Of a stretch of DNA of 64,000 bases, positions 6,946 through 17,562 are shown one piece after another; within the stretch, counting starts at the first letter, position 1, and every line of letters starts with the position of its first letter. A program made the position numbers and the translations under genes. Where the stretch lies: the NCBI GenBank assembly GCA_018897195.1, contig JAHILH010000005.1, forward strand, positions 64,745 to 128,744, given 5' to 3'. This DNA is from Patescibacteria group bacterium (lineage in GTDB: Bacteria > Patescibacteriota > Patescibacteriia > Patescibacteriales > UBA12075). The notes under the pieces were generated by a model, which worked only from the letters and a program-made list of their open reading frames with translations, searched no databases and had not been told where the DNA came from.

Positions 6946-8379
6946 TTATTTTTTATCTTCTTTATTAATCATTAAGTGCCCCATTCCCATTAAGGCTATT
7001 AATACCCAGAACATTATTGCCATATCATTCTTAAAGTACGGAACATCCACAGCTCCGTGAATTACGATTGCCGTCATTGCTGACAATAATGTAATTATTA
7101 TATAGTTTTCTTTTGTACTGGAGCCGTAATTTTGAATTTTATGTTTTGAATTTTGAAGCACCTGGCGGACGCCAATATAATAAAACTTAACAATTATCCA
7201 AGTCATCAACAATGCGCCAAGTAAGCCTAACTCTGACCAGAAATTTAAGAAAATATTGTGCGGGTAAAGATAGACTTCAACTGGTCGCCAATATTTCTTT
7301 TTGTAATCGTCACTAAACAAAACTAATTTACGATGAAAGTCTGGGTCATGATCTTCGTTAAAAAATATTCCTTCTTGATGATACGGCTTCACCGCTGTTT
7401 GATAATTAGCCAGGCCCGCTCCCAAAATAAAACGTTGCGGACTTTCGGTTAACATCATCCAGGTCTCTCGCCATTGTTGCTTGCGCACTTCGCCAGAAAA
7501 ATCACTTAGCGTTCCTTTTTCAACTATCTTATTGTGCACATTAACATTTACAAAAAACATAATCAGCGCAAATATTAAAACTCCCATAGTTGCTAAGCGC
7601 ATTCGTTTGCCGATTAATAGACCAAACAAAATTGTCCCCGCCACAACACCCACTATCGCTCCCTCGGAATGCGCAAAGTAAATTGACAATAAAGATAAGA
7701 TTATTATTACTGATAAAAATATAATTTTTAAAATTTTTTCTTTATTCAAAATTCGAAATTCGAAATTCGAAATTGCTAAGCCATGGCCTGTCATTAATAA
7801 AACTAACGGCGCCAAATAAAGACCGAGCGCATTGGGATAGGCAAAGACGGAAACTACTCTTCTTGTTTCTACAGCTGACCAAAATGGATTGGCGATAAAA
7901 TCACCGGTTATTTTTTGGTAGATTGCAAAGACGGAAATCAAAAAAGCTGCAATCGTCAATGGCCAAATTATTTTCTCAAATACGGAAACCCAGCCTTCGC
8001 CAAGACTACGGCGTGGCGAAGCAAAAACATTAAACAATAAAATATAAAACAACAATGGTTCAAAAAAATACGCTTTCCAGATTCCAAAGGCTTCATTGCT
8101 AAAGCCCGCAACACCAACGGAGATAAAAGAAATAATTAACAGCAACACCATCTCAATATCAAACGGATAACGACTCAGTCCTGCACCTCCGCTGCGTCGT
8201 GTTTTAATATTTTCAATGACCTGTTTATAGCCGTTCAAAAACCAGATTGCGAAAGTCGCCAAAATCATCACCTCCAACATTGTAATGGGAATACCAACTA
8301 TTTTAAATCTTAGGGTGTAGCTAGGCAACGCAAAAAGAATAAACATTATTGCCCACTGTAAATATTTTACATTTCTCAT
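6946..8379 (-). CDS. O-antigen ligase/polymerase-like (Wzy_C family) polytopic membrane protein
   Basis: 477 aa with more than 10 hydrophobic segments. The motif YPHNIFLNFWSELGLLGALL resembles the HN..L....E.G..G signature of O-antigen ligase-like proteins. Confidence 0.65.
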   Translation of the reverse strand: MRNVKYLQWAIMFILFALPSYTLRFKIVGIPITMLEVMILATFAIWFLNGYKQVIENIKTRRSGGAGLSRYPFDIEMVLLLIISFISVGVAGFSNEAFGIWKAYFFEPLLFYILLFNVFASPRRSLGEGWVSVFEKIIWPLTIAAFLISVFAIYQKITGDFIANPFWSAVETRRVVSVFAYPNALGLYLAPLVLLMTGHGLAISNFEFRILNKEKILKIIFLSVIIILSLLSIYFAHSEGAIVGVVAGTILFGLLIGKRMRLATMGVLIFALIMFFVNVNVHNKIVEKGTLSDFSGEVRKQQWRETWMMLTESPQRFILGAGLANYQTAVKPYHQEGIFFNEDHDPDFHRKLVLFSDDYKKKYWRPVEVYLYPHNIFLNFWSELGLLGALLMTWIIVKFYYIGVRQVLQNSKHKIQNYGSSTKENYIIITLLSAMTAIVIHGAVDVPYFKNDMAIMFWVLIALMGMGHLMINKEDKK

Positions 8380-8480
8380 ATGATTAGACTAATTCTTTAT
8401 CCCTATATCTTATCACCAATATCTAAAAATATAAAGACGCCAAATGGGGCGCCTTAAATATTTTTAAGATCTAGATGTCA

Positions 8481-10310
8481 TTAGTTGATATTTTTATTCA
8501 AGGGTCCGACGATAGCCTCAAACTCTTCCTTTTCCAAAGTCTCCTTCTCAACTAAAACCTTTACAATCGCTTCTAATTTTTCTCTTTGACCCTTGATAAT
8601 AGTCAATGCCATTTGTTTGCCTTTTTCAATAAAGGCCGCAATCTCGACATCAATCTGTTCCGCCATCTTCTCGCTATAATCTCTTTGCTCATGAATCTCA
8701 CGACCCAAGAAAATCATTTCTTCTTTTTCACCAAAAGTTCGGGGTCCAAGATTTTCAGACATACCATAATCAGTTACCAAGCGACGAGCCAGACTGGTGG
8801 CCTTACGCAAATCAGAGGTGGCACCGGTGGTAATTTCACCAAAAACTTCTTTCTCCGTTAGATAACCGGCTAACAACACTGCGATATCTTCCATAAACTC
8901 TGCCTTAGTGTGCATATGCTTATCTTCAGTCGGTAATTTAATCATATAACCGGCAGCTCGTCCACGAGAGATTACAGAAATCTTTTGCACTGGATCAGTG
9001 TTCGGAGAAAAATGCGCCACTAAAGCATGGCCCGCTTCATGATAGGCTGTTACCTTCTTTTCTCTCTCAGAGAAAACCTTGCTCTTGCGTTCCGGTCCAA
9101 GCATTACCTTCTCAATCGCTTCCAACAAGAATTCCATATCAATAATTTTATTATTTTTTCGTCCCGCCAAAATCGCACCCTCATTCAAAACATTGGCTAA
9201 GTCAGCGCCACTAAATCCAGGGGTACGTTCCGCAATTCTGCGCAAGCTCACATCCTTGGCTAATGGTTTTTCCTTAGCATGAATCTTCAAAATTTCTTCA
9301 CGATCTTTAATATCAGGATTATCCAAAACTACTTGACGATCAAAACGTCCTGGTCGAAGCAAAGCTGGATCAAGAACATCTGGTCTATTAGTTGCGGCCA
9401 TCACAATTACATTCGCACTTGGTTCAAAGCCGTCCATTTCAACCAAAATTTGATTCAAGGTTTGTTCACGTTCATCATGTGAACCACCCAAGCCAGCGCC
9501 ACGACGACGACCAACTGCATCAATTTCATCAATAAAGATAATACAAGGTGCACTTTTCTTTGCCTTTTTAAACAAATCACGAACACGGCTCGCGCCAACA
9601 CCAACAAACATTTCCACAAACTCAGAGCCGGAAATATGATAGAATGGCACATCCGCTTCACCTGCTACTGCTCGTGCCAACAAGGTCTTGCCAGTTCCCG
9701 GACTACCCAATAACAACACGCCACGCGGAATGCGCGCGCCTAATTCCAAAAACTTCTTCGGCTGTTTCAAAAAATCAACAACCTCTGACAATTCTTCTTT
9801 TGCTTCTTTTACACCCGCCACATCTTTAAACGAAACTTTATTCTTTGTATCTTTACCAAACTCTTTTGCCTGTGATTGTCCAAACATCATTGCCTTTGAG
9901 TTTGCTCCCTGCACTGAACGCATCATCATAAAGATAAAAACGCCGATTAGCAAAAATGGCAAAAGAATCGGCAATAAAGTTGCCATCCAGTAACCAGCCC
10001 CCTCTTCACTCTTCACAGCCACATCAATTCCGATAATTTTCTCCTTGGCAATACCGTAATTACTCATCAACTCAGAAAAAGTCGCTCCCATTTCTTTTTT
10101 AACCATTTCCTTAGCCCCATCTTTCAGTTCCACTTCCATTTCATCACCACGAATAATCACGCTTTTCACCTCGCCATTATCAACTTGCGAAATAAATTTG
10201 CCAATATTAGCATTTTCAATCTTCGTGCCTTGGCCATAAGCACTAAAAATAAGCGCAATTGCCAAAAACACCAAGATAAAAATGGAGAAATTTTTTAGTA
10301 AACTTTTCAT
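8481..10310 (-). CDS. ftsH: ATP-dependent zinc metalloprotease FtsH
   Basis: Walker A GSPGTGKT, Walker [12 protein letters not shown] region, Zn motif HEAGHAL. The start is probably the internal Met ([11 protein letters not shown]...) at 10310 rather than the track start at 10370. Confidence 0.95.
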   Translation of the reverse strand: MKSLLKNFSIFILVFLAIALIFSAYGQGTKIENANIGKFISQVDNGEVKSVIIRGDEMEVELKDGAKEMVKKEMGATFSELMSNYGIAKEKIIGIDVAVKSEEGAGYWMATLLPILLPFLLIGVFIFMMMRSVQGANSKAMMFGQSQAKEFGKDTKNKVSFKDVAGVKEAKEELSEVVDFLKQPKKFLELGARIPRGVLLLGSPGTGKTLLARAVAGEADVPFYHISGSEFVEMFVGVGASRVRDLFKKAKKSAPCIIFIDEIDAVGRRRGAGLGGSHDEREQTLNQILVEMDGFEPSANVIVMAATNRPDVLDPALLRPGRFDRQVVLDNPDIKDREEILKIHAKEKPLAKDVSLRRIAERTPGFSGADLANVLNEGAILAGRKNNKIIDMEFLLEAIEKVMLGPERKSKVFSEREKKVTAYHEAGHALVAHFSPNTDPVQKISVISRGRAAGYMIKLPTEDKHMHTKAEFMEDIAVLLAGYLTEKEVFGEITTGATSDLRKATSLARRLVTDYGMSENLGPRTFGEKEEMIFLGREIHEQRDYSEKMAEQIDVEIAAFIEKGKQMALTIIKGQREKLEAIVKVLVEKETLEKEEFEAIVGPLNKNIN

Positions 10311-10518
10311 GTAAATATATAGGCGACCGGCAACAAAATAAACAGCATCATTTTCTTTGCAAATAGCCAAAAAATCATTATTAATACCTAAATAGTGTAT
10401 AATAATCGAGGTTTTTAGTCAATACATCGCCCAATAATTGACTTTTTATCACAAGCCTGCTTAAATAGAGTATCAAAGTGATTACAAGTAAAAATAAATC
10501 CAAATAAGGAGGGCACAC

Positions 10519-10848
10519 ATGAACGATAAATATTGGACCTTTGAATTTTTACTGCACATCACTGGCAAAACATACGCAGACGAAAAGGTAGAGTTAGAAA
10601 AAACAATAAAAATTCCACTTCTAGTGACCACCGAAAAAGCCGCCGAAGAACATGCCGGGATGATGGTTAAATACTTCACAACAATGGCCAAAGTGTGTGA
10701 TACAAAGTATTTTAAAAAATATTGTAAATCCATTAATGACAAAGACGGTCTTTTGTTCAGTGACTTCAGAATATTCCATCAAGGAAAAAGAACCTTGCGT
10801 GAAAAAAAACTAGACCTTCACGTCCCAGAAATTACCGCCGGTCCGTGA
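10519..10848 (+). CDS. Hypothetical protein (109 aa)
   Basis: Strong SD (aaggaggg) 7 nt upstream. Ends with TGA at 10846-10848, followed by the hairpin agccccagcaac...gttgccggggct. Confidence 0.45.
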   Translation: MNDKYWTFEFLLHITGKTYADEKVELEKTIKIPLLVTTEKAAEEHAGMMVKYFTTMAKVCDTKYFKKYCKSINDKDGLLFSDFRIFHQGKRTLREKKLDLHVPEITAGP

Positions 10849-11093
10849 TTTCACCAAACCAGCCCCAGCAACCAGAAAGTTGCCGGGGCTTTTAATTTTA
10901 CAAAATAAAAAACCCGAGGAAGTATGAGCCTCCTCGGGGTGAAAATATTTTTTTTGTTGTGGTCAGTTTTTCAGGATACAGGTGTATCCATGCGCTTTTA
11001 ACCATGAGCGCTGATCAAGTCTTTTATTATTAATATCATAACAACACAAGCTAAACCAAATTATAATACATAACATGGCTACCCATTTTTCCG

Positions 11094-11531
11094 TCATTGT
11101 CCCATGAAATATAATAACCGGAAAAGTGCCAGCAATAAGCCAACAAAAAAAGGTAAAATAAATAAATTATGATATATGTCCACTATTTGTCGTTCTACGC
11201 CCTTGCTATGCATTACAACTTCTGCACCAAACATTCCCCCAGCAATTACACCAGAGACGAAACCACAAAGAAATTGAAATTTATTAGTCGCTATAAATCC
11301 GCTCAACTCTGGACATCTTTGCAAAATCGTAGAGCCAATAATGATAATAACCAATAGACCAATATCACCGTAGCGTGCCGCATGGGAAACATTATAAGAG
11401 AAACCTTCAAATCTTTCCCGACCGGCGTCCACAACGAATAAGGTCAATAGATAAAAAATCACAATCGTCGCCCAAATCGGCAACAACGCCAAAACTGCAT
11501 AAACACCATAATAATTGTTTTCCATGACCAT
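11094..11531 (-). CDS. Hypothetical membrane protein (4 TM)
   Basis: ORF track. Hydrophobic segments. No recognisable motif. Confidence 0.4.
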   Translation of the reverse strand: MVMENNYYGVYAVLALLPIWATIVIFYLLTLFVVDAGRERFEGFSYNVSHAARYGDIGLLVIIIIGSTILQRCPELSGFIATNKFQFLCGFVSGVIAGGMFGAEVVMHSKGVERQIVDIYHNLFILPFFVGLLLALFRLLYFMGQ

Positions 11532-11692
11532 CTCCTTTTGTGTGGTTTTTTATATAAAATGTACGAATACCAATTTAATTCGGCAATCTTGAATATTAGC
11601 AGAAAAGCACTGTAATGTCAAGATTACTTGTGTCATTCTCTGATTATGTTATATTCATATTATAAACAAACTCCTGAATCCACGCCTTCGCG

Positions 11693-12217
11693 ATGATAAC
11701 GGAAGAAGAAAAAAATATGCGCACCCCTCAACGGAAACCCGGCATCTACGCCGGACTTAAAGCTGATCAAAATATTACTGCTGAAAAATTCCACGAATTG
11801 ACGGCTAAATTAGAGAAGTTAAAAAAAGTTAGCCAACCGCGCGCGATTACCGAGATGAAGCACTCAGCTGCAGATGGCGACTTTTCCGAGAACGCCGCTT
11901 ACCAAATTGCCAAGGGACGTTTGCGTGGAATCAACCAACGCATCACCGACATCACCGACCACCTAAAACGCGCCGTTATCATTGAGCACAACCAAAACAA
12001 AGACCGCGTCGAGCTCGGTCATAAAGTAACCGTCGAAGTGAACGGCAAAGAAAAAACTTTTCTAATTCTTGGCTCGGCTGAGACCAATCCTGACAACAAT
12101 GTAATTTCAAATAATTCCCCCATCGGCTCCGCCTTGATGGGTAAAAAAATTGGCGACCGAGTGCAAGTGCACTTAGCCACCAAAATTGTGGAATACAAGA
12201 TTATTAAAATAGAATAG
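11693..12217 (+). CDS. greA: Transcription elongation factor GreA
   Basis: N-terminal coiled coil with the acidic tip AADGDFSENAAYQIAKGR. C-terminal NNSPIGSALMGKKIGDRV, typical of GreA/GreB. Confidence 0.85.
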   Translation: MITEEEKNMRTPQRKPGIYAGLKADQNITAEKFHELTAKLEKLKKVSQPRAITEMKHSAADGDFSENAAYQIAKGRLRGINQRITDITDHLKRAVIIEHNQNKDRVELGHKVTVEVNGKEKTFLILGSAETNPDNNVISNNSPIGSALMGKKIGDRVQVHLATKIVEYKIIKIE

Positions 12218-12449
12218 AACAAGCAAAAATCAAAAATAAGTAAAACATAAAAGGATACTCAAAATAACCCCGGGGGTTTGGGGGTGTGAACTAAACGCCA
12301 GCCTTAAAATAACAAAACTCTTGCATGTGATAGTGCATTGAACACCCCCAAGACTTTTGGTTACTTTTGGTCTCAAAAGTGACACAAGCGAGAGCGCGTC
12401 GCTTAAAACAAAAAAACTTAGCAATATACGCTAAGTTTTTTTAAAATTT

Positions 12450-12486
12450 CCCCTCACCCCAACCCTCTCCCGCCGGGGCGAGGGAG
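12450..12486 (+). repeat. GC-rich 37-nt intergenic repeat, copy A (REP-like)
   Basis: cccctcaccccaaccctctcccgccggggcgagggag is 36/37 identical to 42369-42405 in the same orientation. It is related in inverted orientation to 21827-21860. Confidence 0.7.
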
Positions 12487-12502
12487 TTTTTATGCAAAGT
12501 TT

Positions 12503-13081
12503 TTATTTTGTCATAATCTTATCAATAATACCGTACTTCTTCGCTTCTTCAGCCGACATGTAGTAATCACGATCAGTATCCTGTTCAATTTTGGCAATTT
12601 TTTGCCCAGTATGTTTCACTAAAATCTTGTTCAACTTATCTCTGGTTTTCAAAATATGTTCAGAACGAATTTTAATATCACTCGCCTGTCCTTCAGCCCC
12701 ACCCATTACTTGGTGAATCATCACTTCACTATTTGGCAAAGAAAAACGTTTGCCCGCTGCACCAGCTGATAAAAGAACTGCGCCCATGGAAGCGGCCATG
12801 CCCACGCAAATTGTTGAAACATCAGATTTTACATATTGCATCGTGTCATAGATGGCCATACCCGCAGATACTGATCCACCTGGGGAATTGATATAAAATT
12901 TGATATCCTTATCCTTACTTTCAGCGTCAAGAAATAAAAGTTGCGCGATAATAATGTTAGCCACGTGATCGTCAATCGCCTCGCCCAAAAAAATAATTCG
13001 ATCACGCAAAAGGCGTGAGTAAATATCGTAAGCACGCTCAACTTGACCTGATTTTTCAATAACTGTTGGTATTAATGTCAT
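12503..13081 (-). CDS. clpP: ATP-dependent Clp protease proteolytic subunit ClpP
   Basis: [19 protein letters not shown], the catalytic Ser context GMAASMGA, and the His context MIHQVMGG. Confidence 0.95.
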   Translation of the reverse strand: MTLIPTVIEKSGQVERAYDIYSRLLRDRIIFLGEAIDDHVANIIIAQLLFLDAESKDKDIKFYINSPGGSVSAGMAIYDTMQYVKSDVSTICVGMAASMGAVLLSAGAAGKRFSLPNSEVMIHQVMGGAEGQASDIKIRSEHILKTRDKLNKILVKHTGQKIAKIEQDTDRDYYMSAEEAKKYGIIDKIMTK

Positions 13082-13101
13082 ATATTTTTTGTTTGTTTAT
13101 T

Positions 13102-13270
13102 CCGTCATCCCCGCGAAGGCGGGGATCCAGGTGCCTCGTATATCGTAATTAATATTAAGGAAAACTAAAATAAACAAATCGACGTTATTTATTAATATTT
13201 TTAAAAAAATTCTATATAATTATGTATTAAAAATCTGTGGCGCCTGGATTCCCGCCTTCGCGGGAATGAC
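13102..13270. repeat. MITE-like element: two GC-rich hairpin-forming terminal inverted repeats flanking an AT-rich ~100-bp core
   Basis: 13102-13135 ccgtcatccccgcgaaggcggggatccaggtgcc against the reverse complement of 13239-13270 (gtcattcccgcgaaggcgggaatccaggcgcc). Each arm also contains its own 8-bp palindrome (atccccgc/gcggggat). Confidence 0.5.
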
Positions 13271-13275
13271 AAGGA

Positions 13276-14265
13276 TTAAACAATTCTCCAATTCCCGTCC
13301 ACCTCTTCAAACTTGCCATCAACAACAAATCCCGACGCCCGCTTATGACCACCACCGCCCAAAACTTGAGCCAGCTTGGAAATATCAACATCAGGATGTG
13401 TGGTACGCAAACTACCCTTAATTTTACCACCCTCTTCTTCGCGCATAAAAACCAGCGCCTTAACACCGGCAAGATTACTGAGAAAGCCGGGAATTCCCTC
13501 TAATTCTTCTTCAGTTACCCCACTATTTTTGATATCATCTTTAGTTAAAAAAGAATAAGCGAAATTATAAAAACTATTTATTTTCAAATTACTCATCGCC
13601 CGACCCCAGACACGCATCGATAATAAACTTTTGTTGCGCCAAGTGTTTTCCAAAATCATCGGATAACGTGCTCCATAGACCAACATCTCCGAAGTAATCT
13701 TAATCGTTTTTTCCGAAGTTGATTCGTAGAGCAAATTACCTGTGTCCGTGAGAATACCTGTTAAAATGCAATTAGCAAAATTTTTATTAAAGCGCACTTT
13801 ATTAGCTTTAAGAAAAAAATACAACACCTCCGCGGTTGATGACGCCTTCGCATTACGTACTTCTATATTAGAATAGCTGTCAATCTTGGGATGATGATCA
13901 AATTCAATCGCGATTTGGTCTTTGTGACGATGGCCAATCTCTTTAGTTAAATTTGTCCGACTCAGACTGCCACAATCAAGCGCAATAAACAAATCGAAAT
14001 CGGCAAAATTTATTCCATCACGGTCAGATTTAATTTTTTCAACGTGAGGTAAAAAATTAAATTGAAAGGGCGGAGCATCACTGCAAAAAGCGTGATATTT
14101 TTTATGTAAAGATTCTAGTAACTCAATCATTATGCCCATCGAAGAAAGCGCATCGCCATCTGGTCGATAATGGGTTACCACCAAAACATTCCGTGCTCCT
14201 TTAATTTTTTCATACGCCTCTCGGTATTTCTCTTCTATCATACATTTACTTTCCTCTTTCATCAC
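13276..14265 (-). CDS. DHH/DHHA1-family phosphoesterase (NrnA-like oligoribonuclease/pAp phosphatase)
   Basis: Motifs HYRPDGDALSS, ALDCGS, EFDHHP, and GGGGHKRASG in the DHHA1 part. Confidence 0.8.
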   Translation of the reverse strand: MMKEESKCMIEEKYREAYEKIKGARNVLVVTHYRPDGDALSSMGIMIELLESLHKKYHAFCSDAPPFQFNFLPHVEKIKSDRDGINFADFDLFIALDCGSLSRTNLTKEIGHRHKDQIAIEFDHHPKIDSYSNIEVRNAKASSTAEVLYFFLKANKVRFNKNFANCILTGILTDTGNLLYESTSEKTIKITSEMLVYGARYPMILENTWRNKSLLSMRVWGRAMSNLKINSFYNFAYSFLTKDDIKNSGVTEEELEGIPGFLSNLAGVKALVFMREEEGGKIKGSLRTTHPDVDISKLAQVLGGGGHKRASGFVVDGKFEEVDGNWRIV

Positions 14266-14295
14266 GCCACAGCTTCAGCAACGGCGGACTCTAGA

Positions 14296-14694
14296 CTACT
14301 CTTTATCAATTTCCTCCTGTTTTTCCCCATCATCACGCCATAGTTTTCCTAAGTCGTTTTTCTCATCCATTCTAATCTCCGCAAAAACCTTGTCCATCTT
14401 AGCTACGTAGCGTTCTTGATTATCAATACCAAAAGTTAATCTTGGCACTTTACGCATCCGTGATTTCAAGCTTAGTTTGCGAGTAAAGGCACTGGCATTT
14501 TTGCGCAACAACTTCAAAGCTGTGCCTGATAAATTCTCTGGCAAAACTGAAATATTGACATTAGCATTACTCATATCAGGCGCACATTTCACGCGAATAA
14601 TCGTAATCAAGCCACCATCCAAATAGACGTCGCTATTTACAATAACCGCCAAGTCATCTTTTAATTGTTCATTTACTTTTTCAACTCGACTCAT
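14296..14694 (-). CDS. rbfA: Ribosome-binding factor A
   Basis: MSRVEKVNEQLKDDLAVIV...ITIIRVKCAPDMSNANV... fits the RbfA pattern. Sits in the conserved infB-rbfA-(truB) neighbourhood. Confidence 0.85.
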   Translation of the reverse strand: MSRVEKVNEQLKDDLAVIVNSDVYLDGGLITIIRVKCAPDMSNANVNISVLPENLSGTALKLLRKNASAFTRKLSLKSRMRKVPRLTFGIDNQERYVAKMDKVFAEIRMDEKNDLGKLWRDDGEKQEEIDKE

Positions 14695-14697
14695 ATA

Positions 14698-16665
14698 TTA
14701 GAAAGTTACTTTTACTTCATTATTTTTATAAAACACCAACACATCACCAACTTCAACCACTATATTACCGGCATAATGCAAGCCACACTCTTCGTCAGTC
14801 TCAACCTTGTTAACATTTTGTTTGCCCGCTTGTAGGTTAGTTAATTTACCCGTGCCTACTAATTCCTTATTACGCATTACCTCAATCAGGGCGTCAGATT
14901 CAATCACGCCATCAATCACTTTACCACCGACGATTTGCGCTTCTTTCTCGGTTCTAAAAATCGCCAAGACCTTCAAACGACCTAAATCTTCTCTTTCATA
15001 GGTCACCACAATACGAGAACGCATTTCAGCTTTAACATCATTTAATAAATCATAAATAACATTATAAGCCTTAATAGAAATATTTTTTTCACGCGCCATG
15101 TTTTCGATTGCAATTGGTGTTTTGACGTTAAAACCTAAAATCAAAGAGCCAGTTGCTTCCGCTCGCTTAATATCACCATCACTAATGTTACCCAAGCCGC
15201 GGTGTACAACTTTTACACTCACATCCTTGGTATTAATTTTTTCCAAAGATTCTTCAATTGCCTCAATCGAACCCAACAAATCACCCTTGATGATCAAATT
15301 AACTTTTTCAGAGGTAGTATTTTCATCGCGTTGGCTAGTCTTATTAAAACTCGCATCAGCCGCTGTTCGTAATTTTTTCTTTTTCACGCGTTCGCCCTCG
15401 CCCACTTCCAAAACATCACCAACATTCAACATCGCGCGCAAACCAATAATTTGCACCGGTGTTGCTGGTCCTACTGCCTTCACATTGCCCTCATTATAGG
15501 TAGTTAAATTACGAATCTTGCCCACGTCCTTACCATTCATCATCAAGCTATCACCTAAACGCAAAGTGCCGTTCTGCACTAAAATTGTTGCCACTGGCCC
15601 TGAGCCTTTGCTCAAATGTGATTCAATCACCGTGCCGGCCGCATCCGCATTGGGATTGGCTTTGACATTTTCCAATTCAGTCTCCGCGGTCAAAAGAATC
15701 ATATCCAATAAATCAGTAATACCGTCGCCCTTCTTCGCAGAAATCGGCACACAGGTAGTCTTACCGCCCCAATCAGTCGGGGTAATATTTAATTTACCTG
15801 ATAATTCTTGTTTAGTTTTATCAATATTGGCATCTACCTTATCAACCTTATTAATCGCCACCACAAACGGCAACTTAGCTGCTTGGATGATCTTGTACGC
15901 TTCAACAGTCTGAGGCATCACGCCATCGTCAGCGGCTACCACTAAAATCGCCACGTCAGCAATCTTGGCACCACGTGATCGCATGGCTGTAAACGCTTCA
16001 TGACCGGGAGTATCAATAAATGTAATAGTTTGGTTTCTGCGTACTACTTGATAAGCGCCAATATGTTGAGTAATACCACCGGCCTCACCGCCAATGACAT
16101 TTGTTTTACGAATAGCATCAAGTAAGCTAGTTTTACCATGATCAACATGTCCCATTACCACAATTACTGGTGGACGATCCAACATATCTACTGCTTGCTC
16201 TTTGGATAAAATATCATCGAGTTTATTTTCCTTAACAGCCGTCTCATCTTCACCTTCTTTTCTAATCACCTCAAAGCCAAGTTCAGAACCAACCAACCAA
16301 GCTGTTTCAAAATCAATGCGCTCATTCAGAGATGCGAAAATACCGTTCTTAATCAATTCTGCCAAAATCACGTTCACGGGACTTGCTACCAAGCCGGCAA
16401 AATCACGCACTGAAATAAAAGCAGGCACAAAAACTTTTTCATGAGTCTCAATACGTACTTTCTTCTCTCTTTCTACGCGCTCTTTTTCTTCTCTTTGTTT
16501 ATCTATTTTTCGCTTAATTTTTGGCCATTCTTTCAAAATCTTATTCGCGACACTTTTATTAATTTTAATCGCCCGGCCACCAATATCGAAACCTGCTTGC
16601 GATAAATAATATCTCAACTCTTGAGGTGTCACTTTTAATAATCTTGCTAGTTCTGTAATATTCAT
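14698..16665 (-). CDS. infB: Translation initiation factor IF-2
   Basis: GTPase motifs GHVDHGKTSLLD, DTPGHEAF and NKVD. The start is probably the Met at 16665 (MNITELARLLKV...) rather than the track start at 16704. Confidence 0.95.
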   Translation of the reverse strand: MNITELARLLKVTPQELRYYLSQAGFDIGGRAIKINKSVANKILKEWPKIKRKIDKQREEKERVEREKKVRIETHEKVFVPAFISVRDFAGLVASPVNVILAELIKNGIFASLNERIDFETAWLVGSELGFEVIRKEGEDETAVKENKLDDILSKEQAVDMLDRPPVIVVMGHVDHGKTSLLDAIRKTNVIGGEAGGITQHIGAYQVVRRNQTITFIDTPGHEAFTAMRSRGAKIADVAILVVAADDGVMPQTVEAYKIIQAAKLPFVVAINKVDKVDANIDKTKQELSGKLNITPTDWGGKTTCVPISAKKGDGITDLLDMILLTAETELENVKANPNADAAGTVIESHLSKGSGPVATILVQNGTLRLGDSLMMNGKDVGKIRNLTTYNEGNVKAVGPATPVQIIGLRAMLNVGDVLEVGEGERVKKKKLRTAADASFNKTSQRDENTTSEKVNLIIKGDLLGSIEAIEESLEKINTKDVSVKVVHRGLGNISDGDIKRAEATGSLILGFNVKTPIAIENMAREKNISIKAYNVIYDLLNDVKAEMRSRIVVTYEREDLGRLKVLAIFRTEKEAQIVGGKVIDGVIESDALIEVMRNKELVGTGKLTNLQAGKQNVNKVETDEECGLHYAGNIVVEVGDVLVFYKNNEVKVTF

Positions 16666-16832
16666 GTAGGATTGAACTAAATAATAAACTGATAAATGCG
16701 CCAAGGGGCAAATAGTTAATACTAAATAGTGAGAATTATAAAAGTCAAAGACTTTTTTGTATGGTCGGAATATTAAAATTCCTTGACCATAAAAAAGACG
16801 ATTAAGTCGCCTTATTTTTCTTTAACTCTACA

Positions 16833-17552
16833 ATGATAAACCAAAAAAGTCAAGAACAAAGCCTAAGTAGTGGATTTATTCTCATCAACAAGCCCGTAGG
16901 ACCAACTTCTCACACTATTGTCAATAAATTGCGTCGAATTACTAATATTAGAAAAATTGGACATGCTGGCACGCTGGACCCCTTCGCTGACGGTCTTTTA
17001 ATTTTAGCCATCGGCCGTGACAGCACCAAGAAAATTAGTCAGTTTGTCAAATTAGACAAAGAATACGTGGCCGATTTAATCCTGGGCGCCACCACAGACA
17101 CTTTTGACAATGAAGGCGTCATCACCCAACACATAACAGCTAACAAACAACAGGCACCGACGGAAAAACAGGTTTTAGAGGTTTTAAATAATTTTATTGG
17201 CAAACAGGAGCAAATTCCGCCGATGTTTAGTGCCAAGAAGGTGCAGGGACAAAAATTATATGAATTAGCACGTAAGGGTATTGAAATTGAACGGCAGCCT
17301 TGTTCGATTGAAATATTTTCGATTATTTTAAACGAATACACTTATCCACATTTACGCATTACCGTACACTGCTCCACCGGCACCTACATTCGCTCCCTCG
17401 GCCATGACATCGGTCAAAAACTTGGTTGTGGCGCTTATTTAAATAAATTAAGCCGAACTAAAATTGGCAAATTTGATATTAAAGATAGTGTTACTCTCGA
17501 AAAATTGAACTCGGATAATTGGGAAGAATATATATTTAACCCTGGTGAATAG
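16833..17552 (+). CDS. truB: tRNA pseudouridine(55) synthase TruB
   Basis: GFILINKPVGPTSH and GHAGTLDPFADGLL (catalytic Asp), with a TruB C-terminal region. Confidence 0.9.
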   Translation: MINQKSQEQSLSSGFILINKPVGPTSHTIVNKLRRITNIRKIGHAGTLDPFADGLLILAIGRDSTKKISQFVKLDKEYVADLILGATTDTFDNEGVITQHITANKQQAPTEKQVLEVLNNFIGKQEQIPPMFSAKKVQGQKLYELARKGIEIERQPCSIEIFSIILNEYTYPHLRITVHCSTGTYIRSLGHDIGQKLGCGAYLNKLSRTKIGKFDIKDSVTLEKLNSDNWEEYIFNPGE

Positions 17553-17562
17553 CCACTCAAAT

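Noticed and set aside
7749-7776. Heptanucleotide tandem repeat aaattcg x3 (plus a degenerate fourth) inside the O-antigen-ligase-like gene, considered as a phase-variation tract
   Set aside because: Only three perfect copies (21 nt, in frame as is). That is too short to argue for slipped-strand switching without population data.
8586-9993. Multiple + strand ORFs (8586..8861, 9079..9282, 9279..9482, 9644..9829, 9688..9993) inside ftsH. Similar antisense ORFs lie inside infB (14807-16444), gyrA (40172-42083), the GH1 gene (22086-23047), the ABC genes and the giant gene.
   Set aside because: They are antisense or off-frame to strongly supported conserved genes and have no motifs or start contexts. 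They are typical shadow ORFs.
12230-12424. Track ORF (-, 64 aa), together with 13227..13472 (-, 81 aa)
   Set aside because: Both are translations of GC-rich intergenic repeat or hairpin sequence (the second also overlaps the nrnA-like gene in another frame). No start context; spurious.
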